DNA of 61,325 nt from positions 1 through 61,325 of the forward strand of contig JAFYAC010000011.1 in NCBI GenBank assembly GCA_017540905.1. The letters run 5' to 3'. Below are positions 25,694-34,673 of this stretch, piece after piece (the first letter of the stretch is position 1; each line of letters opens with the position of its first letter). This DNA is from Kiritimatiellia bacterium. Lineage in GTDB: Bacteria; Verrucomicrobiota; Kiritimatiellia; CAIQIC01; Lenti-01. Position numbers and translations under genes: made by a program. The notes under the pieces were generated by a model that was given only the letters and a program-made list of their open reading frames with translations, had not been told where the DNA came from and made no database searches.

Positions 25694-28600
25694 CTAAAAC
25701 CCCGGAAACTCCGGCGGATTCCCGTACGTGTACGTGAACCGCACCACGATGTCCTTGATCTTCGAGAAATCAATGTCCTTGTTCGCCGGGTTCTCCGTGT
25801 CGATCTTCAGGACCCACTGCGTCGCCGCGATGGGACGCCCCTTCAGCCCGGCGACGCTGAACTCCGCCGACGGACGCCCCCCCGTCGCCCCGTTGATTTT
25901 CGCGGGAATGGTGATGCCATACGCCGTCCGGTCCGACCGCCCCACCAGGAACGACAGGTGCATCAAGTCGTCCGCCCACGGCGGTTCCGCCCAGAAGCGG
26001 CGGATGGACACCAGCCCACTCTCCGTCAGCGTCACCTCGGCCACCTGCTTTGTGCTGAACCCGCTCTCCGCATAGATGTCCACCGCGATGGTGTCGATGC
26101 GCATGTTCCACCGTTCCGCCGTCGTCGGGAACAGCGAGTTGTCGGCGATGGTCGTCGCGAACGTGAACTCCAGCGACGGATTCTCCACGTTCCAGTAGTT
26201 GTTCGTCCGGTGCCCCGCCAGGTACGTCCGGAACGCCTGCACGCTCTCCGCCATCGTCATCTCCCCGTTGTCCGTGCGGAACCCCAGGATGTCCTCCCGC
26301 AGGGAAATCGGTTCCGCCGTCACCGGCCCCGCGTTGTTCGGACCGCGCACGCTCGTCACCGAAATCCGCCGCAGCTTGCTGTCCCACGCCTTCAGCGCGT
26401 CCAGGTAGTCCTTCGCCTCGTCCGCGCACGTCGCGTTGAACAGCGAATCCAGCTGCGTGAACTGGTCGAACAGCGGATTCTCCAGCGACGCCGACTCGTT
26501 GCAGTTGATCGGCACCACCACCGGGTTCTGGTACGCCTCCGCCCACTCGTATTCCAGCGTTTTCGCCAGCCTGTACAGCCGGTCGATCGCGTAGTCCATC
26601 TCGCTCTCCGCCCGCTCCATCGCGCGCGACACCACCACCCGGAACGACGGATCCTGGAAGTACAGGTCCGCCGCCGTCTCCCGCGTGTGCGCCAGGTCCG
26701 CAATCAGCCGATCCATCCGCGTCAAAGCGTTGTCCAGCTGGAGTTCCGCCACGGCAAGGGCGTTCTTCTGGCGCTCGACCTGGATTTGGAGATTCGTAAG
26801 TTCAAGAAGAATGGTCTTTATTTCAGCCGCGGCATTGACCCCTTGTACAGTCAACTGTTGCATGGCCGATAACATGTCCTTTGTTGAGTTAATTGCCCCC
26901 ATTGCCGTTCCCCAACCAATTTTTGTCCATGCTTCATCGCCCCACCCTGCAAAAGCCATGCACCCTTGAAGAACACCCAAAGTGAGATCCAAAGCCATTA
27001 ACTGCTCTGTGGTACTTATCGTGGTATCAACAATCGTTGCGGTCGCCCATTCTGCGATTTTCACACGCTCAAAGACATTCTTCACACTCTCCACCGACTG
27101 CAACAGCGCCATCTGTTGGTCCAGCACCGCCAACACCAGCTCCCCCAACTCTCCCAACGCCGCCGGATCTGCATTCGGATAGTTCTCCTCCAGCGACTTC
27201 ACCCTCGTCCTCACCGCGTTCTTGAAATCCCGCTGGTCGTCCACTGTCGCCAAGTTGTTGTAGAGCTCGGGGTCGATGTGAGTGAGGTTGTAGAGGGGCG
27301 TGATGTAGCTCGCCCGCTGGTTCAGCAGCTCCGCCCGCAGCTGCGTCTGGTAGCTGTCGTAGGTCCGGTCCTCCTGCCGCGCCGCGACTTCCGCCTCCCG
27401 CACGTCCGCCACCGCCTCCTGCGCATCCTGGTAGATGGCCGAAAAACTCTCGTTGGGAATGAAGTCCCCGTTGTCGCCGAGCGGCGTGAGCCCCGCGTTG
27501 ATTTGCTCGAACAAGTCCCGCGCATTCTTCAAGTGCGCGAGGCACAGGTTGCCCTCGTTGAGCTCGAAATCGTCCTCGCTCTGGCACGCCGCCAGCAGCG
27601 CCATCCCCAGATAGCTCTGCAACCCCGACTTCTTGCACTCCTCCTTCGCCTCCTGGCGCGCCGTCTTGTCCGAAAGCGACAGCCGGAACAGTTTTTTCGC
27701 CTTCTCCATGCTCCCCAGCCCCATCCGTTCCAGGCATGTCGCCATCTGCCAGTATTCATTCTTGATGGGCACCGGATACGGGCTCAGCGACGGATCCAGG
27801 AATGAAATGTACCGCGGAAACGCCGGATACGGCTCCGCCCCCGGCACCGCCCGCGACCGCAGGATATCCGGCCCGTAGCGGTAAATCGCGTTTGCGGGAT
27901 AAATCAGCGCCGCGTAGAAGTCCAGCAACGCCACGTCGATGGCCTGGGTCTCCTCCCTCACTCCCGGCGGTGCCGGCAGCGTCTCCGGAGGGTTCTCGGG
28001 ATCGTACTCGGCCATCCGCGGATACTTCAGCCGCAGCGCCTCCGTCAGCCGCGAGTTGCCCAGCAGCACCTGGCCTTGCAACAGCTCGTTCGCCGTCTCC
28101 GCGAACGTGGTCCGCAGATCCGGATCCGCCGTGTCGCCGAACAAGTCCGCCGAAGCTTTGTCATAGGCTTTTTCCAGATGGTGGAAATAAACGTAGCGGT
28201 CCTCCTGCCCCTTCTCGTCCACCCCGCGCGCCGAATACGCTTTCACGATGTCGCTCCACGTGTATTCGTCCGGGAATCCCTTCCGGTAGGCCCGTCCCAG
28301 CGAGAGCTCCCCTTTGTCGTCCTCCACCACGATGTAGCCCGCCTTCGTCTCCGACAGCTCGTTGGTCGCCGTCTTGTCCTTGTCCAGCACGTAGCTCACC
28401 GTCAGCGTCACGTCGAACGCTCCCTTGCTCCGGTAGGCATGCGTCGCGTTGCCCTTCGTCCCCTCCTCCACCGACCCGTCCCCGAAGTTCCACCGGTAGC
28501 CCGTGATCCGTCCCGCCTGCCGCAACTCCGCGTCCGCGTAGAACCGTGCCGTCGCCGTCCCCGTTCCCGTCTCCAGCGACATCAGGCGCGGCCCCCCGGA

Positions 28601-29056
28601 AAAATCCACCGACAGTTCCGCCGTCCTCGCGTTGTACGGCCGGATGACCAGCTCCGCCTTCGTCCCCGCGTCGAGACCGTAATAGTCCTCCGTCATCCCC
28701 TCCTGCACCAGTTCCCGCCCGTCCGTCGCCGTGACCATGAGCCGCGGCAGCACGTGACGGAACCCGTCCTCCTCCACGTCGTTCGCGTCGAACACCGCGT
28801 ACCATGTCGCGTCGATGCCCGCCGCCCCCGTCCCGCGCGCGTCAACCGTCCCGTCCCCGTCGAAGTCCCACGCCCACGACGCGATGCTCTCCCGGGGCAG
28901 TCCCTTCTCGCCCAGATAGTGGAACGTCACCGCATCCCCCCCGTACACCCGCACCGGCGTCGCATAGAAACGCAACTCCGCTCCGTCCGCCAGCGCTCCC
29001 GCCGCCGCCATCCAAGCCAGCGCCGCCGCCAAAACCATCGCATTTTTTCTGCTCAT
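25694..29056 (-). CDS. Secreted PKD-domain protein with TcA-like coiled-coil/pore region and TcB-binding-like C-terminus
   Basis: Signal peptide; two PKD motifs (WAWDFDGDG; YRWNFGDG...HAY...FDVTLTV); long helices around a hydrophobic hairpin; LYRLAKTLEYEW, ISLREDILG and QWVLKID..N..IDFSKIKDIVVRFTYT resemble the TcA C-terminus (recognised by eye). Confidence 0.65.
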   Translation of the reverse strand: MSRKNAMVLAAALAWMAAAGALADGAELRFYATPVRVYGGDAVTFHYLGEKGLPRESIASWAWDFDGDGTVDARGTGAAGIDATWYAVFDANDVEEDGFRHVLPRLMVTATDGRELVQEGMTEDYYGLDAGTKAELVIRPYNARTAELSVDFSGGPRLMSLETGTGTATARFYADAELRQAGRITGYRWNFGDGSVEEGTKGNATHAYRSKGAFDVTLTVSYVLDKDKTATNELSETKAGYIVVEDDKGELSLGRAYRKGFPDEYTWSDIVKAYSARGVDEKGQEDRYVYFHHLEKAYDKASADLFGDTADPDLRTTFAETANELLQGQVLLGNSRLTEALRLKYPRMAEYDPENPPETLPAPPGVREETQAIDVALLDFYAALIYPANAIYRYGPDILRSRAVPGAEPYPAFPRYISFLDPSLSPYPVPIKNEYWQMATCLERMGLGSMEKAKKLFRLSLSDKTARQEAKEECKKSGLQSYLGMALLAACQSEDDFELNEGNLCLAHLKNARDLFEQINAGLTPLGDNGDFIPNESFSAIYQDAQEAVADVREAEVAARQEDRTYDSYQTQLRAELLNQRASYITPLYNLTHIDPELYNNLATVDDQRDFKNAVRTRVKSLEENYPNADPAALGELGELVLAVLDQQMALLQSVESVKNVFERVKIAEWATATIVDTTISTTEQLMALDLTLGVLQGCMAFAGWGDEAWTKIGWGTAMGAINSTKDMLSAMQQLTVQGVNAAAEIKTILLELTNLQIQVERQKNALAVAELQLDNALTRMDRLIADLAHTRETAADLYFQDPSFRVVVSRAMERAESEMDYAIDRLYRLAKTLEYEWAEAYQNPVVVPINCNESASLENPLFDQFTQLDSLFNATCADEAKDYLDALKAWDSKLRRISVTSVRGPNNAGPVTAEPISLREDILGFRTDNGEMTMAESVQAFRTYLAGHRTNNYWNVENPSLEFTFATTIADNSLFPTTAERWNMRIDTIAVDIYAESGFSTKQVAEVTLTESGLVSIRRFWAEPPWADDLMHLSFLVGRSDRTAYGITIPAKINGATGGRPSAEFSVAGLKGRPIAATQWVLKIDTENPANKDIDFSKIKDIVVRFTYTYGNPPEFPGF

Positions 29057-29098
29057 CGCCTGCTCCTGTCGTTCGTCAAATCACGTCACCAAAAACCC

Positions 29099-29456
29099 CG
29101 GCCCGGACAAAGCCGGGCCCTCCCTGCTTTCCTCCCCCACCATCGCTCTATCCTCTTCCCGGGAGGGCCGCGCTTCGTCGCGGCCGCTGCGCATGGCTCG
29201 CCACAGGAACGTCCCTATCCCGCCCCACGGACCCGGCCCGGACAAAGCCGGGCCCTCCCTGCTTTCCTCCCCCACCATCGCTTCATCCCCCACCCGGGAG
29301 GGCCGCGCTTCGTCGCGGCCGCTGCGCATGGCTCGCCACAGGAACGTCCCTATCCCGTCCCGCGGACCCGGCCCGGACAAAGCCGGGCCCTCCCTGCTTT
29401 CCTCCCCCACCATCGCTCTATCCTCTTCCCGGGAGGGCCGCGCTTCGTCGCGGCCG
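29099..29456. repeat. REP array left of RAYT (135-bp unit, 6 REPs)
   Basis: gcccggacaaagccgggccctccc at 29101, 29236 and 29371 alternating with REP-A. Confidence 0.92.
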
Positions 29457-29509
29457 TCGTCCCCAAAAGCGAACTGGACACCCGTTCCTTTTTCTGCCAT
29501 CCTTCCCCC

Positions 29510-30013
29510 ATGAACTCCAGTTCCCAATCTTCCCCACCCCTCCCCTCCCGTCGCCGCCCTTCCCGCAACTCCGTCCATGAACGCCCCGGCGACCGCCGCC
29601 CCGTCATCCTCTTCGTGACCGCCGTCGCCGACCACCGTCAACCCGTATTCGCCCATCCAGACGCCCACGCCTGCCTTCTCGACGCCTGGCGTGCCGCCAA
29701 AGACTGGCTGGTCTGCCGCTATGTCATCATGCCCGATCACATCCATCTCCTCTGCTGTCCCGGCGCGCTCCCCGTTCCCGATTTCCACCGCTGGATGAAA
29801 TACTGGAAAGCCAAAGTCTCCTTTTCCTTCCCCCTCCCCCACTCCCGCCCCCTCTGGCAACGCCAATGCTGGGACACCCAAATCCGCGCCGGCGAACACT
29901 TCTCCGCCAAATGGGAATACCTCCGCGCCAACCCCGTCCGCAAAGGCCTCGTCGCCACCCCCAACGACTGGCCGTATCAGGGCGAACTCTTTTCCATCCC
30001 CTGGCGCGACTGA
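29510..30013 (+). mobile_element. rayT: REP-associated tyrosine transposase (RAYT/TnpA-REP, Y1 HUH family), 167 aa
   Basis: ILFVT, YVIMPDHIHLL (HUH), LWQ..CWD..IR and EYLRANPVRKGLV...DWPY; flanked on both sides by REP arrays; antisense to the host operon. Confidence 0.9.
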
Positions 30014-30041
30014 CCACCCATCCGCCCCGCATCCCGCTTGC

Positions 30042-30553
30042 GGGGAGGGCCGCGCTCCGTCGCGGCCGCAGTGCATGGCTCGCCCCAGGAACGCCCCTGT
30101 CACGTCCCGCGGACTCGGCCCGGACAAAGCCGGGCCCTCCCTGCTTCCGCACCGCCCACCCGCTTCGCTTCCCGCTTGCGGGGAGGGCCGCGCTCCGTCG
30201 CGGCCGCCGGGCATGACTCGCCCCAGGAACGCCCCTGTCACGTCCCGCGGACTCGGCCCGGACAAAGCCGGGCCCTCCCTGCTTCCGCACCGCCCACCCG
30301 CTTCGCTTCCCGCTTGTGGGGAGGGCCGCGCTCCGTCGCGGCCGCCGTGCATGGCTCGCCCCAGAAACGCTCCTATCCCGCCCCACGGACCCGGCCCGGA
30401 CAAAGCCGGGCCCTCCCTGCTTTCCTCCCCCACCATCGCTCCACCCTTCTCCCGGGAGGGCCGCGCTTCGTCGCGGCCGCCGTGCATGGCTCGCCCCAGG
30501 AACGCCCCTGTCACGCCCCACGGACTCGGCCCGGACAGAGCCGGGCCCTCCCA
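30042..30553. repeat. REP array right of RAYT (138/138/135-bp spacing, 8 REPs)
   Basis: gcccggaca at 30118, 30256, 30394 and 30529 alternating with REP-A. Confidence 0.92.
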
Positions 30554-30595
30554 TGCCCATCCATTACACATTATGCATTGTGCATTATGCATTGT

Positions 30596-31708
30596 TCAGT
30601 ACGTCGGGTCCACCTTGATGATGAAATTCACTGCGCCGGATGGCGGCTGGACGGTGTCCGAACGCCCGTAGATAGGTGAGGAGCGAGAAGCATCAAAATT
30701 GGCATTGTGGCTACCGCCTGTGCCTCCACCATAGCCATTGCTACTTGGAATGGCAAAGACACCGTTTACCACGCCAAGATGTCCAATACCTCCCACTGTC
30801 CCTGTAATATTCGGCAACCCCGCCTCCACATATTTACCCACCTTGTGTTCCCCCGCCCCCCACAACGTCCGGTTCCGCAAATCCGGCAACTTGAAATACG
30901 TAACCCCATTCTCCGTGATATTCGTCTCATAGCCCCACGTCGTCCCGATATTTGCGAACAGCTTCGGATAGGTAGTGGAAGCCACCGCCCGCCCGTCGCA
31001 CAGCAACCAACCAACAGGAACATTTTCCGCAGGCCCCGCAAACGGCATGATAATTCCCGGGGGCAGAAATGCTGACGCCAGGTCGTTCTTCATTGCTGCG
31101 GACAGATGGTCCGGCTCGATGGCCCCGTCGGCAATTTTCGCGGACGTCACGCTCTTGTCCGCCAACTTTGCCGTCGTCACGTTCTTGTCGGCAATCTGTG
31201 CGGCCTTCACACTCTTGCTCGCAATCCTTGCTCCCGCGATATACCCCGTCCTCGGGTCCGTCGCCCCAGATGCCAGGATGGCGCTCCAGTCAGCCCCCCG
31301 CAAGGACTCGCTGTCCTTGGCGAAGAACGCCGGCACGATCATCTGCCGCGGCACCATCTCCGGGTCGGCCGTGTTGGCGTTCCCGTCCGCGTCGATGGTG
31401 ATGCCCAGGTAGCGTGTCTGGGTGAAATCCTGTCCGTCCAGTGCCACGATGGAGCCGAGGAAGACGTTGACCATTCCATTGACCAGCCCCACGCCCGTGT
31501 GCCGCTCGGTCCAGAGGGCGGTGCCGCCCACCGGCGCGTCGTAGAGGTTGAACACGATGGTGTAGGTCCCCTCGGAATAGGGCGTGCCCGCCTGGTCCGT
31601 GAGACGCCCCTGGAACGGAATCACCTGCGGCGCCGGCGCCGCCCATCCCATCCAAGCCCACGCAACGGCCATCGTCGCCACCCATGCCATTTTCATCTGC
31701 TTTTTCAT
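30596..31708 (-). CDS. Secreted tail-fibre-like protein with phage tail collar domain
   Basis: Signal peptide; IPFQGRLTD...LWTE.H N-domain; VTTAKLAD/VTSAKIAD repeats; PPGIIMPFAG...GWLLCDG...YPKLFANIGTTWG...FKLPDLR; QPP..AVNFIIK. Confidence 0.85.
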   Translation of the reverse strand: MKKQMKMAWVATMAVAWAWMGWAAPAPQVIPFQGRLTDQAGTPYSEGTYTIVFNLYDAPVGGTALWTERHTGVGLVNGMVNVFLGSIVALDGQDFTQTRYLGITIDADGNANTADPEMVPRQMIVPAFFAKDSESLRGADWSAILASGATDPRTGYIAGARIASKSVKAAQIADKNVTTAKLADKSVTSAKIADGAIEPDHLSAAMKNDLASAFLPPGIIMPFAGPAENVPVGWLLCDGRAVASTTYPKLFANIGTTWGYETNITENGVTYFKLPDLRNRTLWGAGEHKVGKYVEAGLPNITGTVGGIGHLGVVNGVFAIPSSNGYGGGTGGSHNANFDASRSSPIYGRSDTVQPPSGAVNFIIKVDPTY

Positions 31709-31759
31709 TCCACGTTTCCTTTCACCTTTTCATTCGAAATCACGTTGCAACCCGCTTGC

Positions 31760-31859
31760 GGGGAGGGCCGCGCTTCGTCGCGGCCGTGCGCAAGGACTCG
31801 CCCCAGAAACACCCCTCCCACGCCCCACGGACTCGGCCCGGACAAAGCCGGGCCCTCCC
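31760..31859. repeat. REP doublet (A+,B-)
   Basis: gggagggccgcgcttcgtcgcggcc ... ggcccggacaaagccgggccctccc. Confidence 0.9.
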
Positions 31860-31910
31860 ATGCGCCCTCCCCCATTGAGCATTCTGCATTCTGCATTGTG
31901 CATTGCTTTC

Positions 31911-34673
31911 TCACGGTTCCCTCCGCCCGCTCTGCAAATAGAATCCCTGCGCCCGCGCCGCATCCTCCCCGAACACGAACCCGCCCATCGTGCACTCCAT
32001 GCGGAAACGGTCCGGCCGCAACGCATCCGTTTCCCAAGCGTCGAAATACCGGTCCCAAGGCTCCTTGTCCACGGCGTAATACGGCGTGTCCGGCTGCACG
32101 AAGAAATCGGTGTCCTCCGCGCGCGGATTGAATGTGTCCGGGCCGACCGGATACCGGTCGATGTCGAACGCCGCGCAATCGCGGTGGCCTTCCATCAGCC
32201 GCCACGTTCCGACATCCGTGCTGGACGTCCCCCCCAACCCTGCGCCCGCGCCGACAAACGCGCAATCCAACAGGCAATACCCGCCGCCGGCCGCGTTCGG
32301 AACCAGCCCGTTCGTCGCCGCGCCGCCGCCGCCCGCCGTCTCCTGGCAGAGACGGAACGTGCCGAGGTCCAGGTTGGCGTCTTCCAGCGAAAACCTCTCT
32401 TTCGCCACCGTCGCGTTGGTCCAGCCGGGCTTGAGGAACACGATGCGGTAGTCGTTTTCGGTCAGGCCGTCGATCCGGAATCCCCCGTCCTCGCCGGTCG
32501 CCCCCTGGTGGATCAGCGTGGTTCCCGAGAGCGCCCACGGCACGCCCGGCATCGCCGCCCCCGTCGCGTCGTCCACCACGCGCCCGCTGGCCGAGTGCGT
32601 CACGATGCCGCCCAGGTCCAGCGTCCACGAGTGGAACCGGCCGCGCTCGCCGCTGCTCGCGTTCCACGCAATCCGCAGCGTCCACGTCCCCGCCCCGTTC
32701 TCGCCGTCGAAGTCCGCCAGCGTCCACGACGACGCCATCGTCGCCTCCCCGCGCGCATGCAACGTCGCCACCGTTCCCGACGGCGACTCCAGCGTCACGG
32801 TCAGCGACGCCGGGTCCGGAAACTCCACATCCAGTGTGGCCAACGCCGTCTGAACCTTCACGGCCTCTTCCACCACCACCGTGCGGACGAGGCCATCCTC
32901 GCTGGATTGGCCGATCAGCCCCGATTCGTCGTTGTGCTCGTTGTAGATGCTCCGCCGCGTCGGATCGAACGTCCGCCGCTCCAGGACGAACGTCCCCTCG
33001 ATCAGGATTTTTTCGTCGTTCGGCAACAACCCCTGCAACGTCTCGGCATAGCTGCCCTCCAGCGTGTTTTCGTCCACCCGCGTCCCGCGCAGCGTCACGC
33101 CGCGGCGGATCGGGGACGGAAACGGATTGCCCACGTCCAGCACGCCGTCGCCGTTGCGGTCGCGGTCGCCGTATTCGCCCGCGCCGTCCCCGAACGTGTC
33201 GTACGGCGGCGCGTTCCGGTCCGCCGCCGGCAGGGTGAACGTCGTCGCCAGCGAGAAGTCGTTTCCGCTGTAGAACACCCCGTCCATGAACACGTCCTTC
33301 GGGAACAGCAGCGATGTCTCCCGGTCCACCACCGCACGGAAGCGCGTCTCGTCCGTCCGGTCGCTTTCCATGAAGAAGCTCAGCCCGAGGTCCACCTTGC
33401 CCAGCGAAATCGCCTTGCCGTCCACCGTCGCCGCCGTCGCGTAGCCTTTGAAATCGCCCGCCGCCGTCGCCACGTCCAGCTTCACGGTCAACCGCTTCTC
33501 CACGCCCCCCGCGCGAACCACCACGTTCGACGAAACATGCGTCCCCGGCTCCAGCCCCGACCGGTCCGCTTTGAGGTATGTGTACGCCTTGGCCGAGGCC
33601 ACCACCCCGGAATCCGGGCCTTCGACGGACAGCCACGGCACGTTCTCCTCGACCGACCAGTTCATCGCTCCGCCGCCCGCGTTCCCGATGGTCACCGGCG
33701 AGAGGTCCACCCCCGCGGGGAAATGCACCGTGTCCTGCGTCCATGCGTCGTCCACGATTCCGTTCCCGTTGAGGTCGCCAGCCGTGTCTTCCTCCCCCGC
33801 CCATTTGACGCGCCGCCCCGCGTAGGCCGCGTCGCTCCCCGAATACGGGACCGCATCCTGGAGCGGCGCCGCATCCACGTCCGGGACCAGCATGACCTCC
33901 GGCTCTGGTGCCAGCTCGATGCCTTCCTCCGCGAAAACCCAGTAGCCTCGCCCCGGCTCAACGCTCTCCACGTCCCTCCGCTTCGGCAAGGCCGTCGCGT
34001 CGTAGCCCGCAAACGCCTTCGTCCCCGCCGCGTCGAACGTCCACACCTGCCGCACGGCATCGAACGCCCCGCCGAACAGCGACTCCAGCCCCGTCCCTTC
34101 CAACCCCGGAAATCCGGCGAGATTCCATCCGGGGACGAGCGACACCGCCCCTTCCCACGGCTCGCCTTCCCCTTTCCACACGACCGCCTCGTCCACTTGC
34201 ACCCACCAGCCGCGTCCCGGCCCCACCGTCGCCAAGTCCCCTTCCCAGCCCGGAATCCCGCCCTGCCACGTGCGCCATTGCCCCGCGGCCGCGTCGTATC
34301 CCCACACCGACCGCAATACGTCGGGATTCTCCAGCCCGGACGCCCACTCTTCCACCGTCGTCTCCCCTCCCACCTGCCACGAAACCAGGTTCCAGCCCGC
34401 CTCCAGCGGCACCCGCTGCACCGCCCCCTCCGCACCCATGCCCGCCATTGCAAAAACCACCGCCAAGCAAGCAAGCCACCGCACCCCCCATCGCCTCCCC
34501 GCACCAATTTCCGCTTGCGGGGAGGGCCGCGCTCCGTCGCGGTCGTCGCGCACGGCTCGCCTCTGGAATGCCCCTGTCGAATCCCCCAGGCCCGGCCCGG
34601 ACGAAGCCGGCCCCTCCCAGGCCGCCTCCCCAATTGTGCATTGCGCATTCTGCATTGTGCATTGCTTTTTCAT
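31911..34673 (-). CDS. Secreted multidomain protein (GWNL repeats, BACON-like, proprotein-convertase P-domain, carboxypeptidase-regulatory-like) with N-terminal in-frame REP doublet
   Basis: ATG 34673 overlaps the upstream TGA; h-region WLACLAVVFAMAGMGAEGA; LEAGWNLVS/LVPGWNLAG; NAGGGAMNWSV...PWLSV; LTVTLESPSGT...GTWTLRI...SWTL; GRVVD...TGEDGGFRIDGL. Confidence 0.75.
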   Translation of the reverse strand: MKKQCTMQNAQCTIGEAAWEGPASSGPGLGDSTGAFQRRAVRDDRDGARPSPQAEIGAGRRWGVRWLACLAVVFAMAGMGAEGAVQRVPLEAGWNLVSWQVGGETTVEEWASGLENPDVLRSVWGYDAAAGQWRTWQGGIPGWEGDLATVGPGRGWWVQVDEAVVWKGEGEPWEGAVSLVPGWNLAGFPGLEGTGLESLFGGAFDAVRQVWTFDAAGTKAFAGYDATALPKRRDVESVEPGRGYWVFAEEGIELAPEPEVMLVPDVDAAPLQDAVPYSGSDAAYAGRRVKWAGEEDTAGDLNGNGIVDDAWTQDTVHFPAGVDLSPVTIGNAGGGAMNWSVEENVPWLSVEGPDSGVVASAKAYTYLKADRSGLEPGTHVSSNVVVRAGGVEKRLTVKLDVATAAGDFKGYATAATVDGKAISLGKVDLGLSFFMESDRTDETRFRAVVDRETSLLFPKDVFMDGVFYSGNDFSLATTFTLPAADRNAPPYDTFGDGAGEYGDRDRNGDGVLDVGNPFPSPIRRGVTLRGTRVDENTLEGSYAETLQGLLPNDEKILIEGTFVLERRTFDPTRRSIYNEHNDESGLIGQSSEDGLVRTVVVEEAVKVQTALATLDVEFPDPASLTVTLESPSGTVATLHARGEATMASSWTLADFDGENGAGTWTLRIAWNASSGERGRFHSWTLDLGGIVTHSASGRVVDDATGAAMPGVPWALSGTTLIHQGATGEDGGFRIDGLTENDYRIVFLKPGWTNATVAKERFSLEDANLDLGTFRLCQETAGGGGAATNGLVPNAAGGGYCLLDCAFVGAGAGLGGTSSTDVGTWRLMEGHRDCAAFDIDRYPVGPDTFNPRAEDTDFFVQPDTPYYAVDKEPWDRYFDAWETDALRPDRFRMECTMGGFVFGEDAARAQGFYLQSGRREP
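34519..34619. repeat. REP doublet (A+, degenerate B-) between start codon and signal peptide
   Basis: Translated as WEGPASSGP...DRDGARPSP. Confidence 0.85.

Noticed and set aside
29510-30013. IS200/IS605 TnpA insertion sequence
   Set aside because: No tnpB, and the NPV..GLV..WPY C-terminus plus flanking REP arrays fit RAYT better.
23856-30553. REP arrays as CRISPR arrays
   Set aside because: Repeats alternate in orientation, the spacers are themselves repeated, and the adjacent enzyme is a RAYT; no cas genes.
30596-31708. Prophage or contractile injection system
   Set aside because: No capsid, sheath, tube, baseplate or integrase genes in the window; the protein has a signal peptide.
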